64,000 nt of DNA from positions 38,534 through 102,533 of the forward strand of contig LDXP01000002.1 of NCBI GenBank assembly GCA_001443385.1, written 5' to 3'. The position numbers were made by a program, and so were the translations under genes. Source of the stretch: Candidatus Rokubacteria bacterium CSP1-6 (GTDB lineage: Bacteria; Methylomirabilota; Methylomirabilia; Rokubacteriales; CSP1-6). Numbering within the stretch: the first letter of the stretch is position 1; each line of letters opens with the position of its first letter. Below the pieces are notes generated by a model that worked only from the letters and a program-made list of their open reading frames with translations, did no database searches and was not told where the DNA came from. Below are positions 9,405 to 19,699 of the stretch, one piece after another.

Positions 9405-9444
9405 GGGGGGAGGAATCGGAAGGGGGGCGTAGCCCCCCTCCGAG
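9405..9444 (+). repeat. GC-rich hairpin repeat, copy 2 (GGGGGGAGGAATCGGAAGGGGGGCGTAGCCCCCCTCCGAG)
   Basis: Intergenic between rpoZ and coaBC. It is near-identical to copies at 5592, 21230 and 43006 (the last reverse-complemented). Confidence 0.85.
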
Positions 9445-9445
9445 T

Positions 9446-10669
9446 ATGATGACGCTCGCCGGCAAAGAGATCATCCTGGGGGTCACGGGCTCGATCGCCG
9501 CCTACAAGGCGGTGTATCTCCTGCGAGAACTGGTGCGCCTCGGCGCAGGCGTCAACGTCGTCCTGACGGAGCACGCCCAGAAGTTCGTCGGTCCCCTGAC
9601 CTTCCGGACGCTCAGCGGCCGGCCCGTGCTCACGGATCTCTTCGATCCCCAGACCGACGCCGCCGTGGAGCACGTCGAACTGGCGAATCGCTGCCACGCC
9701 CTCATCGTGGCGCCAGCCACGGCGAACCTCCTCGCCAAGGCGGCCCACGGCATCGCCGACGATTTTCTGACCACGCTGCTCCTGGCGACGCGCGCCCCGG
9801 TTCTGATCGCCCCCGCCATGGACGCCGGGATGTGGGACCATCCCGCCGTGGTGGCCAACGTCGCCACGCTCCGGGCCCGCGGCGTTACCGTGCTCGAGCC
9901 GGACGCCGGCGAGCTGGCCTCGAGGCTCGCGGGCAAGGGGCGCCTCCCCGAGATCGACGCGATCCTCGAAACACTCCAGCGCCTCCTCTCTCCGCTGCGA
10001 GACCTGGCAGGCCAGCGGCTTCTGATCACGGCGGGCCCCACGCGGGAGCCCATCGATCCCGTGCGCTACCTCTCGAACCGCTCGTCGGGCAAGATGGGCT
10101 ACGCCCTGGCCCTGGCGGGCCTCCGGCGCGGCGCTGAGGTGGTGCTGGTGTCCGGGCCCACGAGCCAATCGCCGCCGGCCGGGGCGGTCTTCGTCCCGGT
10201 GGAGACCGCCGAGGAGATGCGCGAGGCGGTGCTCCAGCACCTCGCGTGGGCCACCATCGTGATCAAGGCTGCCGCCGTCGCCGACTACCGCGCCCGGGAG
10301 GCCAACGCCGCCAAGATCAAGTCCAAGCAGGACGGGCTGACCCTCGAGCTGGCGGCCACGCCCGACATCCTCAAGGAGGTCGCGGCTCGCAAGGGCGACC
10401 AGTTCGTCGTCGGGTTCGCCGCCGAGACCCACGAGGTGAAGCGCCACGCCCGCGAGAAGCTCGAGGCCAAGCGGATCGATCTCATCGTGGCCAACGATGT
10501 GAGCCAGAAGGGGATCGGCTTTGAGGCCGACGACAACCAGGTCACGCTCCTGGACCGCTGGGGCGGGGCGATCGAGCTTCCCAGAATGCCCAAGCTCGAC
10601 GTGGCGAACGCGGTGCTCGACCGTATCCTGGCCCTGGGCGCCGCCAAACCGGCCAAGGTTCCCCGCTAG
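9446..10669 (+). CDS. coaBC: bifunctional phosphopantothenoylcysteine decarboxylase / phosphopantothenate-cysteine ligase
   Basis: Flavoprotein N-terminus ILGVTGSIAAYKA and CoaB motif LSNRSSGKMG. Length is 407 aa. Confidence 0.92.
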   Translation: MMTLAGKEIILGVTGSIAAYKAVYLLRELVRLGAGVNVVLTEHAQKFVGPLTFRTLSGRPVLTDLFDPQTDAAVEHVELANRCHALIVAPATANLLAKAAHGIADDFLTTLLLATRAPVLIAPAMDAGMWDHPAVVANVATLRARGVTVLEPDAGELASRLAGKGRLPEIDAILETLQRLLSPLRDLAGQRLLITAGPTREPIDPVRYLSNRSSGKMGYALALAGLRRGAEVVLVSGPTSQSPPAGAVFVPVETAEEMREAVLQHLAWATIVIKAAAVADYRAREANAAKIKSKQDGLTLELAATPDILKEVAARKGDQFVVGFAAETHEVKRHAREKLEAKRIDLIVANDVSQKGIGFEADDNQVTLLDRWGGAIELPRMPKLDVANAVLDRILALGAAKPAKVPR

Positions 10670-10672
10670 GCC

Positions 10673-11356
10673 ATGGCGGCGGAGGAGCTGGCCGAGGCCC
10701 TCCGCTCCCTCGCCGAATCCCTCCGCTTCTACCAGGCCATGGGCCTGAAGGATCTGGCGCTCACCCGCGACTATTTCCCCACCCCGGAAGAGGCGCTCAC
10801 CCGCCAGGAGCAGGGCCTCCAGGGGTGCCCGCGGTGCAAGCTCTCCCAGGGGCGCACGACGATCGTCTTCGGCTCCGGCAACCCGCGGGCCGAGCTCGTG
10901 TGCATCGGCGAGGCGCCGGGCGCCGACGAGGACGCGCAGGGCAAGCCCTTCGTCGGCCGGGCCGGGCAGCTCCTCACGAAGATGCTCGAGGCGGTGGGCT
11001 TCGACCGCGAGCGCGACTGCTATATCGGCAATATCTTGAAGTGCCGCCCTCCCGCCAACAGGAGTCCCGAGCCTGACGAGGTCGCCGCGTGCGAGCCGTT
11101 CCTCCTGGCCCAGCTGGGCGCCATCCAGCCCAAGGTGATCCTGGCGCTGGGCGCCTTCGCGGCCCAGACGCTCCTCAGGACCAAGGAGCCCATCGGCAAG
11201 CTCCGGGGGCGCGTCTTCCCGCTTCACTCCATGGTCCTCATCCCGACGTTTCATCCGGCGTTCCTTCTCCGCAATCCCGGCCAGGAGTTCAAGCGGCAGG
11301 CCTGGGAGGACCTGAAGCTCGCCCGGCAGGAGTACGACCGGCTCCGCTCCCGATGA
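10673..11356 (+). CDS. uracil-DNA glycosylase, family 4
   Basis: Contains [25 protein letters not shown] and HPAFLLRNP motifs. Confidence 0.88.
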   Translation: MAAEELAEALRSLAESLRFYQAMGLKDLALTRDYFPTPEEALTRQEQGLQGCPRCKLSQGRTTIVFGSGNPRAELVCIGEAPGADEDAQGKPFVGRAGQLLTKMLEAVGFDRERDCYIGNILKCRPPANRSPEPDEVAACEPFLLAQLGAIQPKVILALGAFAAQTLLRTKEPIGKLRGRVFPLHSMVLIPTFHPAFLLRNPGQEFKRQAWEDLKLARQEYDRLRSR

Positions 11357-13173
11357 TTGTTGACGTCGTCTTCGATCTCCCCGTCCCCCATCCGTTCTCC
11401 TATTGCGTGCCGCCGGGCCTCACGGTCACTCCCGGCCAGCGAGTCCGCGCGCCGCTCGGCAGCCAAGCGCGCGTCGGGCTCGTGGTGGCCGCGCGCGAGG
11501 GGGATGAAGAGAAACTCAAGCCGCTCGCCGGTGTGGCCGAATCGGGCCCGATCCTCTCCCGGTCCGAGCTGGAGCTCGCGCGCTGGATCGCCGACGAGAG
11601 CCTGTCGAGCTGGGGGTCCACCGTGGCGGCCCTCCTCCCTCCCGCCCCGCGGAGCGCGACGGAGGGCATGCCGGCGCCTCCCGAGTGGGCGTCGGGCGGG
11701 GGCGAGCGCCCGTTCCTGCTGACCGGCGGCGACCGGGAGCAGCGTCTGCTCGCCCGGCTCGCTGAGGAAGCCAGGGACCGCGGGATTCTCGTCGTTGCGG
11801 CGGAGATCGACGCGGCGGCAGCCTGGAGCGATCGGCTGCGCGCCGCGCTCAAGGCCCCCGTCGCGAGGCTGGACAGCGGCATGGCCGAGGGTGAGCGGTG
11901 GAGCGCGTGGATGGCGCTGGCGCACGGCGCCGTCAGGATCGGAGTCGGCACCCGCTCGGCGCTCCTGGCGCCGGCGCCCGCTCCCGCGACGCTGGTGCTC
12001 CTCGACGAGAACGATCCGGCCCACAAGCCGCCCGGCCCCCCGCGCATCCATTCGCGGGACGTCGTCCTGGAGCGCGCCAGGCGCGAAGGGAGCCGGCTCT
12101 ACCTGACCGCCGCCGCGCCAAGCGCGGAGAGCTGGTGGCGCGCCGACGAAGGCCGGCTCCAGCGCGTCCCGGAAGGGCCGTCGCCCTGGCCCCGCGTGTC
12201 GGTCGTGGACGTGAGGGGAACGCTCAGGACCCAGCCGCTCTCCCCCCTCCTTCGCGGGGCCATGAAGGAAACGCTCGCGGCCAACGGCAGGGTGCTTCTT
12301 CTCGTGACCCGCATCGGCTCGGCGATGGCGTGCAACGAGTGCGGCTTTCTCGTCCGGTGCCCCGAGTGCGGGATCGCCATGGCCTTCTCCCGCGCGCGGC
12401 GGGAGAAGGCGTGCCGCCTCTGCCGCCGCGCCGATCCCGCCCCTGAGACCTGCCCCAACTGCCACGGCCGGCAGCTGGCGCCGCTCGGCTGGGGAACCGA
12501 GCGCGTCGAGCAGGCGGTCAGGGCCGAGTTCCGGCGCTACCGCATCGTGCGCGACGACGCCGAATCGGGGCGGGGCCGCGCCCGGGCGGCCCACGACAGC
12601 GGCGCGCAGGTGGTTGTCGGGACCCGCGCGGCGCTCCGGGCCTTCATCCCTCGCGGGCCCTCGCTGATCGGGTTCATCAGCCCCGACCCTGTCCTGAGAC
12701 TGCCGGACTTCAGGGCGGGCGAGCGGGCGTTTTCCCTCCTCTGGGCGGCGGCCGAAAAGGTTGGCGGCGATAGGGTCGTCATCCAGACCCAGCATCCCAC
12801 CCACTACGCGGTCCGGGCGGCGGCGGACCAGGACCTGGCCGGGTTCTACAAGCACGAGCTCGGTTTCAGGGCCGAGCTCGGGTATCCGCCGTTCCGCCGC
12901 CTCTGCCTGCTGACGATCAGGAGCCGCACCGAGGGTGTCGCGAAGCGGCTCGCCCAGGGGCTGGAGCAGGAGCTGAGCGCGCTCGGCGGATTGACCGTCT
13001 ATCCGCCCGCGCCGCTCGGCCGCTCGCCCCGGGCGCCCCGCTGGCAGATCGTCCTGAAGGGCGGCGACGACCTCCCCGCCCGGCTCTCCTCCCTGCTCGG
13101 GCCGTCCCGGGACCGCCGGAGCGACGGTCGCGGTATCATAGAGGTCGAAATGGACCCGGTGGATCTCGCATGA
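11353..13173 (+). CDS. priA: primosomal protein N' (PriA) with degenerate helicase ATPase motifs
   Basis: The internal ATG at 11353 overlaps the udg stop. A PriA Cys-rich region (CNECG..CPECG..CRLC..CPNC) and the C-terminal LGYPPF are present. Walker A reads LLTGGDREQR instead of GxxGSGKT, and Walker B reads DEND instead of DEEH. Confidence 0.8.
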   Translation: MIVDVVFDLPVPHPFSYCVPPGLTVTPGQRVRAPLGSQARVGLVVAAREGDEEKLKPLAGVAESGPILSRSELELARWIADESLSSWGSTVAALLPPAPRSATEGMPAPPEWASGGGERPFLLTGGDREQRLLARLAEEARDRGILVVAAEIDAAAAWSDRLRAALKAPVARLDSGMAEGERWSAWMALAHGAVRIGVGTRSALLAPAPAPATLVLLDENDPAHKPPGPPRIHSRDVVLERARREGSRLYLTAAAPSAESWWRADEGRLQRVPEGPSPWPRVSVVDVRGTLRTQPLSPLLRGAMKETLAANGRVLLLVTRIGSAMACNECGFLVRCPECGIAMAFSRARREKACRLCRRADPAPETCPNCHGRQLAPLGWGTERVEQAVRAEFRRYRIVRDDAESGRGRARAAHDSGAQVVVGTRAALRAFIPRGPSLIGFISPDPVLRLPDFRAGERAFSLLWAAAEKVGGDRVVIQTQHPTHYAVRAAADQDLAGFYKHELGFRAELGYPPFRRLCLLTIRSRTEGVAKRLAQGLEQELSALGGLTVYPPAPLGRSPRAPRWQIVLKGGDDLPARLSSLLGPSRDRRSDGRGIIEVEMDPVDLA

Positions 13174-13691
13174 TCCTGAAAGTCAGGAAGTACGGCGATC
13201 CGATCCTGAGACGAAAGGCGGATGCGATCCCGGCCGTCACGCCCGAGATCAAGGGGCTCATCGCCGACATGATCGAGACCATATACGACCAGGTCGGGAT
13301 CGGCCTCGCCGCCCCCCAGGTCGGCATCCCGCTCCGGCTGATCCTCGTGGACGACAACAAGGGCGGCGGGGTGCGGCCGCTCATCAACCCGGCCATCACC
13401 GGTCGGCGCGGCAGTGTCGAGGGCGAGGAGGGGTGCCTCTCGATCCCGGGAATCTTCGCCCCCGTCGTGAGGGCCGAGTGGATCCGCGTCTCGGCGCTCG
13501 ACGGCGACGGCGCGCCGCTGGACTTTGAGGCGAGCGGGCTCCTGGCGCGCGTGATCCAGCATGAGATCGACCATCTCGATGGGATTCTCTTCATCGACCG
13601 GCTCGACAAGGTCACGCGCGACCGGATCAAGCGGAAGATCAAAAAGGAGGGGCTTCCGGACGAAGCCCCTCACTCGGCCTTCGCCCTCTAA
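13170..13691 (+). CDS. def: peptide deformylase
   Basis: Contains GIGLAAPQVG, EGCLSIPG and QHEIDHLDG motifs. Confidence 0.93.
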   Translation: MILKVRKYGDPILRRKADAIPAVTPEIKGLIADMIETIYDQVGIGLAAPQVGIPLRLILVDDNKGGGVRPLINPAITGRRGSVEGEEGCLSIPGIFAPVVRAEWIRVSALDGDGAPLDFEASGLLARVIQHEIDHLDGILFIDRLDKVTRDRIKRKIKKEGLPDEAPHSAFAL

Positions 13692-13706
13692 TCCCGGATC
13701 ACCCCG

Positions 13707-14633
13707 ATGAAAGTCCTCTTCTACGGCACCCCCGAGTTTGCCCTTCCGACGCTCGAGGGGGTCCTCGACCGTCACCAGGTCGTGGCGGTGGTGACCCAGC
13801 CCGACCGGCCCGCGGGCCGGGGTCAGCGCGTCACGGCCTCGCCGGTGAAGCGGCACGCCGAGGCCGCGGGACTTCCGGTGCTCCAGCCCGCGCGGCTTCG
13901 CGATTCTGAGTGGCCCGACCGGCTCCGCGTCTTTGGCGCCGAGGTTGCCGTCGTTGTGGCGTTCGGCCAGATCTTGCCCAGAGCGGTGCTCGACGTCCCG
14001 CCCCGGGGCTCGATCAACGTTCACGCCTCGCTCCTGCCGCGCTACCGGGGCGCCGCGCCCATCGCCTGGGCGCTCATCGGCGGCGAGACCAAAACCGGCA
14101 TCACGACGTTCCGCATGGACGAGGGGATGGACACCGGCCCGATCCTCCTCCAGGAGGCAACGCCCATCGAGCCCAAGGAGACGGCGGGAGAGCTGGCGGC
14201 GCGGCTTGGGCACCTGGGCGCCGCGCTCTTGCTGAAAACGCTGGAGAGCCTCGACACGCTCACGCCCACGCCCCAGCGCCACGAACTGGCGACGCTCGCC
14301 CCCCGGCTCAAGAAGGAGGACGGCCTCCTCCACTGGACCGAGCCCGCCCGGGCCCTCGTCAACCGGATCCGCGGCTGCAACCCCTGGCCGCGCGCGACGG
14401 CCGAGACAGCACGCGGCAGGATCTTCATCTGGCGGGCCACGGCCCTGGACGAGCCCTTCACCGCCGAGCCCGGCGAGATCGTGAGAGCCGCGAGCGGGGC
14501 GCTCGCCATCGCGACCGGCGACGGCCTGCTCCTGCCGCGCGAGGTCCAGCCCGAGAACCGGCGGATCATGGCGTGGAACGCATTCCTCGCCGGCGCCCGG
14601 ATGGGCCCGGGCGCCCGGTTCAGCGCGCCGTGA
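13707..14633 (+). CDS. fmt: methionyl-tRNA formyltransferase
   Basis: N-terminus FYGTPEFALPTL, then HASLLPRYRGAAPI. Confidence 0.92.
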   Translation: MKVLFYGTPEFALPTLEGVLDRHQVVAVVTQPDRPAGRGQRVTASPVKRHAEAAGLPVLQPARLRDSEWPDRLRVFGAEVAVVVAFGQILPRAVLDVPPRGSINVHASLLPRYRGAAPIAWALIGGETKTGITTFRMDEGMDTGPILLQEATPIEPKETAGELAARLGHLGAALLLKTLESLDTLTPTPQRHELATLAPRLKKEDGLLHWTEPARALVNRIRGCNPWPRATAETARGRIFIWRATALDEPFTAEPGEIVRAASGALAIATGDGLLLPREVQPENRRIMAWNAFLAGARMGPGARFSAP

Positions 14634-15979
14634 GCCCCGTGTCTTCCGCCCGCGTCGAAGCGCTCAGGGTCCTCTGCCGGGTCGAGGAAGACCGGGCCTT
14701 TGCCGACCTCGCCCTGGAGGCGGCGCTCGAGCGAGCGAAGCTGCCGGCGCGCGACAGGGCGCTCACAACCGAGATCGTGTACGGCACGCTCCGCTGGCAG
14801 CGCCGCCTGGACTGGATTCTCGCCCCCCACTCCCGACGGCGGCTCGACCGCCTCGACCCCTGGGTGAGGAATCTCCTGCGTCTCACGGCCTACCAGCTCC
14901 AGTTCCTCTACAAGGTGCCGGCCTATGCGGCCGTCAACGACGCGGTGGCGCTGGCCAAGCGCCGGGCCCACGGTGAGGCCGCCCCGTTCCTCAACGCCGT
15001 CCTCCGCTCCCTGACCCGCAGCGGCGGCAGCCTCCCTCCCCCGCCGGAGGATCGCGCGGAGGACATCGCCACGCGACTGTCCTTTCCGTCCTGGCTCGCC
15101 CACCGCTGGGCCCAGCGGTTCGGCCTGGACGATGCGGAGCGGCTGATGACGGCGCTGGACGAGCGGCCGGTGGTCACCATCCGGGCAAACTTGCTCAAAT
15201 GCACTCGAGCCCAACTCGCCCAGCGGCTCAGCGAGGAAGAGGAGGTGGCGTGCTCCGCCACCATCTTCGCCCCCGAGGGGCTGGCGCTCGAGGAGCCCGG
15301 GCCGGCCTTCAGGTTCAAGGCCTTCAAGGAGGGCTGGTTTACCGTCCAGGACGAGGCCTCGATCCTCATCGGCCATCTCCTCGGGCCGAAGCCGGGGGAA
15401 ACCGTCGCCGACGTGTGCGCCGCGCCCGGCACAAAAGCTACCCATCTCGCCGCGCTGATGCGGAACTCGGGGAAGGTCGTCGCCATGGATCCCCATGCTG
15501 CCCGCCTCAAGCTGGTCTCTCAGGCCGCGGCGCGGCTGGGAGTCACCATCGTGGAATGCCATGGCGGGAGCGCCGAGGCCCTGGCACCCAAGTTCAAGGA
15601 CCGCTTCGACCGGGTGCTGGTGGACGCCCCCTGCTCGAACCTCGGCGTCGTCCGCCGGCACCCCGACGTCAAGTGGCGCCGCACCGAGGCCGACCTCCCC
15701 CGCCTCGCCGAGCGCCAGCGGGCCATCCTCGACGCCGCCGCCTCGATGTGCCGGGCGGGCGGCACCCTCGTCTTCGCGACCTGCTCGCTCGAGCCCGAGG
15801 AGAACGAGGAGATCGTTCTTCCTTTCCTCGAGGCCCATCCCCAGTGGCGGCTCGACCCGCCCGCCGAGGCTGAGTTCCCGATTCCCTTCGAGCCGCCCGG
15901 CGTGCTACGCTGCCTCCCGCACAAGCACGGCACCGACGGCTTCACCGCGTTCAGATTGAAAAGGGGCAACGGAAGGTGA
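14630..15979 (+). CDS. rsmB: 16S rRNA (cytosine967-C5)-methyltransferase RsmB/Sun
   Basis: The GTG at 14630 overlaps the fmt stop. An NusB-like N-domain and the SAM-MTase motifs DVCAAPGTKA and PCSNLGVVRRHPD are present. The upstream 13910-14629 part of the listed 689-aa ORF is rejected. Confidence 0.88.
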   Translation: MSPVSSARVEALRVLCRVEEDRAFADLALEAALERAKLPARDRALTTEIVYGTLRWQRRLDWILAPHSRRRLDRLDPWVRNLLRLTAYQLQFLYKVPAYAAVNDAVALAKRRAHGEAAPFLNAVLRSLTRSGGSLPPPPEDRAEDIATRLSFPSWLAHRWAQRFGLDDAERLMTALDERPVVTIRANLLKCTRAQLAQRLSEEEEVACSATIFAPEGLALEEPGPAFRFKAFKEGWFTVQDEASILIGHLLGPKPGETVADVCAAPGTKATHLAALMRNSGKVVAMDPHAARLKLVSQAAARLGVTIVECHGGSAEALAPKFKDRFDRVLVDAPCSNLGVVRRHPDVKWRRTEADLPRLAERQRAILDAAASMCRAGGTLVFATCSLEPEENEEIVLPFLEAHPQWRLDPPAEAEFPIPFEPPGVLRCLPHKHGTDGFTAFRLKRGNGR

Positions 15980-16035
15980 TGGCTGCGCCGGACGGGCACC
16001 AGCGGAGACCGGGCATGGGAAGCAACGAGGTGCGA

Positions 16036-16698
16036 ATGATCAAGATTGCCCCGTCCATCCTGTCGGCGGATTTCGCGGCGCTCGGGGAGGCCATCGCGCG
16101 GGTGGAGGCGGCCGGCGCCGACTGGCTCCACGTGGACGTGATGGACGGCCACTTCGTGCCGAACCTCACCATCGGGCCGCCCGTCGTGGAAGCGATCCGC
16201 AAGCGCACGCGCTTGCCGCTGGACGTCCACCTGATGATCGAGGCTCCTGAGCGCTTGCTTCCGGCCTTTGTGTCGGCTGGAGCCAATCTGTTGACGGTCC
16301 ATGCCGAGGCGTGCCCCCACCTGGACCGCACCCTGCACCAGATCCGCGAGCTCGGCGCCAAGGCCGGTGTGGCGCTGAATCCCTCGACGCCGCCCGCCGT
16401 CCTCGAGTACGTCCTCGACAGCCTGGACCTGGTCCTCGTGATGTCGGTCAACCCGGGCTTCGGCGGCCAGGCCTTCATCCCGACGAGCTACGCCAAGGTC
16501 CGCCAGGTGCGCACTCTCCTCGGGAAGCGGCCCGCCGAGGTCTCCGTGGACGGCGGGGTCAAGCTCGAGCACGCCGCCCCCCTGGTGGCCCACGGCGCCT
16601 CCGTCCTGGTGGCGGGGTCGCTGATCTTCGGCGCTGCCGACCCTGGGGCCGCCGTCAAGAAACTGCGGGATGCCGCGGAAGTATCGAAATCGCCTTGA
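16036..16698 (+). CDS. rpe: ribulose-phosphate 3-epimerase
   Basis: The internal ATG gives MIKIAPSILSADF, then HVDVMDGHFVPNLT. Confidence 0.92.
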   Translation: MIKIAPSILSADFAALGEAIARVEAAGADWLHVDVMDGHFVPNLTIGPPVVEAIRKRTRLPLDVHLMIEAPERLLPAFVSAGANLLTVHAEACPHLDRTLHQIRELGAKAGVALNPSTPPAVLEYVLDSLDLVLVMSVNPGFGGQAFIPTSYAKVRQVRTLLGKRPAEVSVDGGVKLEHAAPLVAHGASVLVAGSLIFGAADPGAAVKKLRDAAEVSKSP

Positions 16699-16759
16699 CT
16701 TTTTGCCCTCCCTCCCGTAACATCTAGTTTTCCGATCCAAGCCCGAAGGCGTTCGGAAT

Positions 16760-18106
16760 ATGTTCGACACTCTTACCCAGCGTCTGACCGCGATCTTCGA
16801 CCGGCTGAGTGGTTACGGCCGGCTGACGGAGGAGAATATCCAGGAGGCGCTCCGCGAGGTGCGCGTGGCGCTCCTCGAGGCCGACGTCAACTTCAAGGTC
16901 GTCAAGGCGTTTGTCGAGCGCGTCCGCGCCAAGGCCGTCGGCCAGGACGTCCTCCAGTCGCTCACCCCGGGGCAGCAGGTCGTCAAGGTCGTCCACGACG
17001 AGCTGATGGAGCTGCTCGGCGGGAGCGGTCACCGGCTGGCGATGGCGCCCCATCCGCCCACGGTCATCATGCTGATGGGGCTTCAGGGATCGGGCAAGAC
17101 CACCTCGGCGGCCAAGCTGGCGCGCCATTTCCAGCGGCAGGGGCAGCACCCGCTCCTCGCCGCGGCCGACGTGTACCGGCCGGCCGCGGTGGAGCAGCTC
17201 CGAGCACTCGGAGCCCAGCTCCAGATTCCCGTCGTCGGCAGCGCGGGGCAGAAGCCGCTCGAGATCTGCCAGGAGGCCCTCCGGGCCGCAGCGGACCGCG
17301 GGCTCTCCCCTGTCATCCTCGATACCGCGGGGCGTCTACACATCGACGAGCCGATGCTCGAAGAGCTGAGGATGCTCAAGCGCGAGGTGCACCCACACCA
17401 CGTCCTCCTCGTCGCGGACGCCATGACCGGCCAGGACGCGGTGACCATGGCTGAGCGCTTCAACAGCGCGGTGGGCATCGACGCCGTGATCATGGCCAAG
17501 CTGGACGGCGACGCGCGCGGCGGCGCGGCCCTCTCCATCCGCCAGGTCATGGGCCGCCCCATCGCCTTCGTGGGAACGGGGGAGAAGCCGGACGCCCTCG
17601 AGCCCTTCCATCCGGACCGCATGGCGTCCCGGATCCTCGGCATGGGGGACGTCGTCTCGCTCGTGGAAAAGGCGCAGGCCGGCGTGGACCAGGCGAAGGC
17701 CGAGGAGCTGGCCAGGAAGATCCGCGAGGAGAGCTTCACCCTGGAGGACTTCGCCGACCAGTTGAAACAGCTCCGCTCCATGGGACCGCTGGGGGAGCTG
17801 ATGGAGATGATCCCGTTCTTCAAGGGGGCCAAGGGAATTCCCACGGAGCTCAGGGGCGAAGAAACGGAGCTCAGGCGCTACGAGGCGATCATCGGCTCCA
17901 TGACGCCCCAGGAGCGGCTCGATCCCCAGATCATCAACGGCAGCCGCCGGAGCCGCATCGCGCGGGGCAGCGGCACGAGCGTGCAGGACGTCAACCGTCT
18001 GCTCAAGCAGTACGCGCAGCTGAAGAAGATGATGCGCGGCCTCAAGCAGCTGGAAGGGAAGGCGGGAAAGTTGAAGGGACTTCCATTTCAAATTCCGGGG
18101 AGGTGA
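16760..18106 (+). CDS. ffh: signal recognition particle protein
   Basis: [10 protein letters not shown]-terminus, GTPase motifs GLQGSGKTT and DTAGR, and the M-domain. Confidence 0.94.
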   Translation: MFDTLTQRLTAIFDRLSGYGRLTEENIQEALREVRVALLEADVNFKVVKAFVERVRAKAVGQDVLQSLTPGQQVVKVVHDELMELLGGSGHRLAMAPHPPTVIMLMGLQGSGKTTSAAKLARHFQRQGQHPLLAAADVYRPAAVEQLRALGAQLQIPVVGSAGQKPLEICQEALRAAADRGLSPVILDTAGRLHIDEPMLEELRMLKREVHPHHVLLVADAMTGQDAVTMAERFNSAVGIDAVIMAKLDGDARGGAALSIRQVMGRPIAFVGTGEKPDALEPFHPDRMASRILGMGDVVSLVEKAQAGVDQAKAEELARKIREESFTLEDFADQLKQLRSMGPLGELMEMIPFFKGAKGIPTELRGEETELRRYEAIIGSMTPQERLDPQIINGSRRSRIARGSGTSVQDVNRLLKQYAQLKKMMRGLKQLEGKAGKLKGLPFQIPGR

Positions 18107-18110
18107 CAGA

Positions 18111-18359
18111 GTGGCTGTTCACATCAGGCTGAGACGCGAAGGGAAGACGAAGAAGCCCGCGTACCGTGTCGTGGTGGCGGACTCCCGGGCGCCGCGGGAT
18201 GGCCGGTTCATCGAGGCCATCGGCTACTACAACCCGCTGACGAGGCCGCCCATGCTGAAGATCGATGGAGAGAAGGCCTCGGCATGGATCAAGAAGGGCG
18301 CCCAGCCCTCCAACACGGTCCGCGTGCTCCTCGCGCGAGCGGGAATCGCCAAGAGCTGA
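18111..18359 (+). CDS. rpsP: 30S ribosomal protein S16
   Basis: [25 protein letters not shown]. Confidence 0.93.
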   Translation: MAVHIRLRREGKTKKPAYRVVVADSRAPRDGRFIEAIGYYNPLTRPPMLKIDGEKASAWIKKGAQPSNTVRVLLARAGIAKS

Positions 18360-18363
18360 TTTG

Positions 18364-18888
18364 GTGAGCGCGCTCATCGCCCTGGCGGAGATCGTCAGGC
18401 CCCACGGCCTGCGCGGGGAGGTCAAAGCCCTCCTCCTCACCGACGACCCGGGGCAGCTCGCAGAGCTGGGAGAGTGCTATCTCTGGGATTCGGCCAGCGA
18501 CGCGCGGTCCCGGTCCCGGGTCGAGCAGTGCCGGGTACAGGGGAGGGCGGTGATCCTGGCGCTCGAAGGAATCGACTCCATCGCCGACGCCCAGCAGGCG
18601 GTCGGCCGCCTGGTCGCCGTCCCCCAGGAGGCGCTCGCCCCTCTCCCCCGAGGAACGTTCTACGCCTCGGCCCTGGTCGGGGCGAGTGTCGTCACGGAAG
18701 ACGGAGTCCTGGTGGGAGAGTTCGTCGGCCTGGAAGCCGCACCCGGCCAGGACCTCTGGGTCGTGAGGGCGGGCGGGCGGGAGCACCTCATCCCGGCGGT
18801 GGCCGAGATCGTTCGCGAGGTGAATGTGGCGGCCCGGAGGATCACGATCCGCCCGCCCGAGGGACTCTTGGAGTTGGCAACGAAATGA
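18364..18888 (+). CDS. rimM: ribosome maturation factor RimM
   Basis: A GTG/TTG start lies just after the rpsP stop. GLRGEVKA and a PRC-barrel C-domain are present. Confidence 0.85.
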   Translation: MSALIALAEIVRPHGLRGEVKALLLTDDPGQLAELGECYLWDSASDARSRSRVEQCRVQGRAVILALEGIDSIADAQQAVGRLVAVPQEALAPLPRGTFYASALVGASVVTEDGVLVGEFVGLEAAPGQDLWVVRAGGREHLIPAVAEIVREVNVAARRITIRPPEGLLELATK

Positions 18889-19622
18889 AAATTGATATCG
18901 TCACGCTCTTTCCCGGGATCTTCGCTGGCCCGCTCCAGGAGTCGATCCTGGGCCGCGCCCGCGCCAAGGGGCTCGTGGAAATCGGCGTGATCAACCTGAG
19001 GGACTCGGCGGAGGGGCGCCACCGCGTCACCGACGATTATCCCTTCGGCGGCGGGGGGGGCATGGTGCTCAAGCCCGAGCCCCTCTTTGCCTGTGTCGAG
19101 GCGCTCCGCAGGCCCGGCTCCCGGGTGATCCTGCTCGATCCCCAGGGACGCCGCTTCAGCCAGGACGTGGCGCGCGAGCTGGCGACGGTGGAGCACCTCA
19201 TTCTCCTCTGCGGGCGCTACGAGGGCGTGGACGAGCGTGTGCGCGAGCACCTGGCCGACGACGAGATTTCGATCGGCGATTACGTCCTGACCGGCGGCGA
19301 ACTGCCCGCCCTCGTGGTGACCGATGCGGTCGTGCGGCTGCTGCCCGGCGCCCTCGGCGACGAGGAGGCCCCGGGCAAGGACTCCTTCGGCGCGGGCCTC
19401 CTGGAGGGGCCGCACTACACGCGCCCCGAGGAATTCCGGGGCCGGCGGGTGCCTGAAGCGCTGCTCTCTGGGGACCACGCGCGGATCGCCCGCTGGCGCC
19501 GGGCCCAGGCCCTCTGGCGGACCTGGCGGCGCCGACCCGACCTCCTCGAAACGGCCGACCTGAGCCCGGAGGAGCAGAAGCTGATCGAAGAGTTCAAGCA
19601 CGGCAAGAAACCAGAGGCATAA
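18885..19622 (+). CDS. trmD: tRNA (guanine37-N1)-methyltransferase
   Basis: [22 protein letters not shown], and an ATGA overlap with rimM. Confidence 0.93.
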   Translation: MKIDIVTLFPGIFAGPLQESILGRARAKGLVEIGVINLRDSAEGRHRVTDDYPFGGGGGMVLKPEPLFACVEALRRPGSRVILLDPQGRRFSQDVARELATVEHLILLCGRYEGVDERVREHLADDEISIGDYVLTGGELPALVVTDAVVRLLPGALGDEEAPGKDSFGAGLLEGPHYTRPEEFRGRRVPEALLSGDHARIARWRRAQALWRTWRRRPDLLETADLSPEEQKLIEEFKHGKKPEA

Positions 19623-19630
19623 ATCTTGGC

Positions 19631-19674
19631 CCTCACCCTGCCTCTCCCCACCGGGGAGAGGAGAAGTGGTGAGG
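19631..19674 (+). terminator. two-tier GC stem-loop after trmD (CCTCACC..CTCTCCCC-ACC-GGGGAGAG..GGTGAGG)
   Basis: A perfect 8-bp inner stem plus a 7-bp outer stem lies 9 nt after the trmD stop. No U-tract follows. Confidence 0.4.
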
Positions 19675-19699
19675 GGCGCATCAAGTGGGAGCGCCAGGT

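Noticed and set aside
9398-12855. 618-aa and 534-aa minus-strand ORFs antisense to coaBC, udg and priA
   Set aside because: Antisense to conserved genes. Low-complexity Arg/Gly-rich.
13910-14629. Upstream 240 codons of the listed 689-aa ORF 13910-15979
   Set aside because: This part overlaps fmt out of frame. The RsmB homology and a GTG start begin at 14630.
14042-15838. 598-aa minus-strand ORF antisense to fmt and rsmB
   Set aside because: Antisense artefact.
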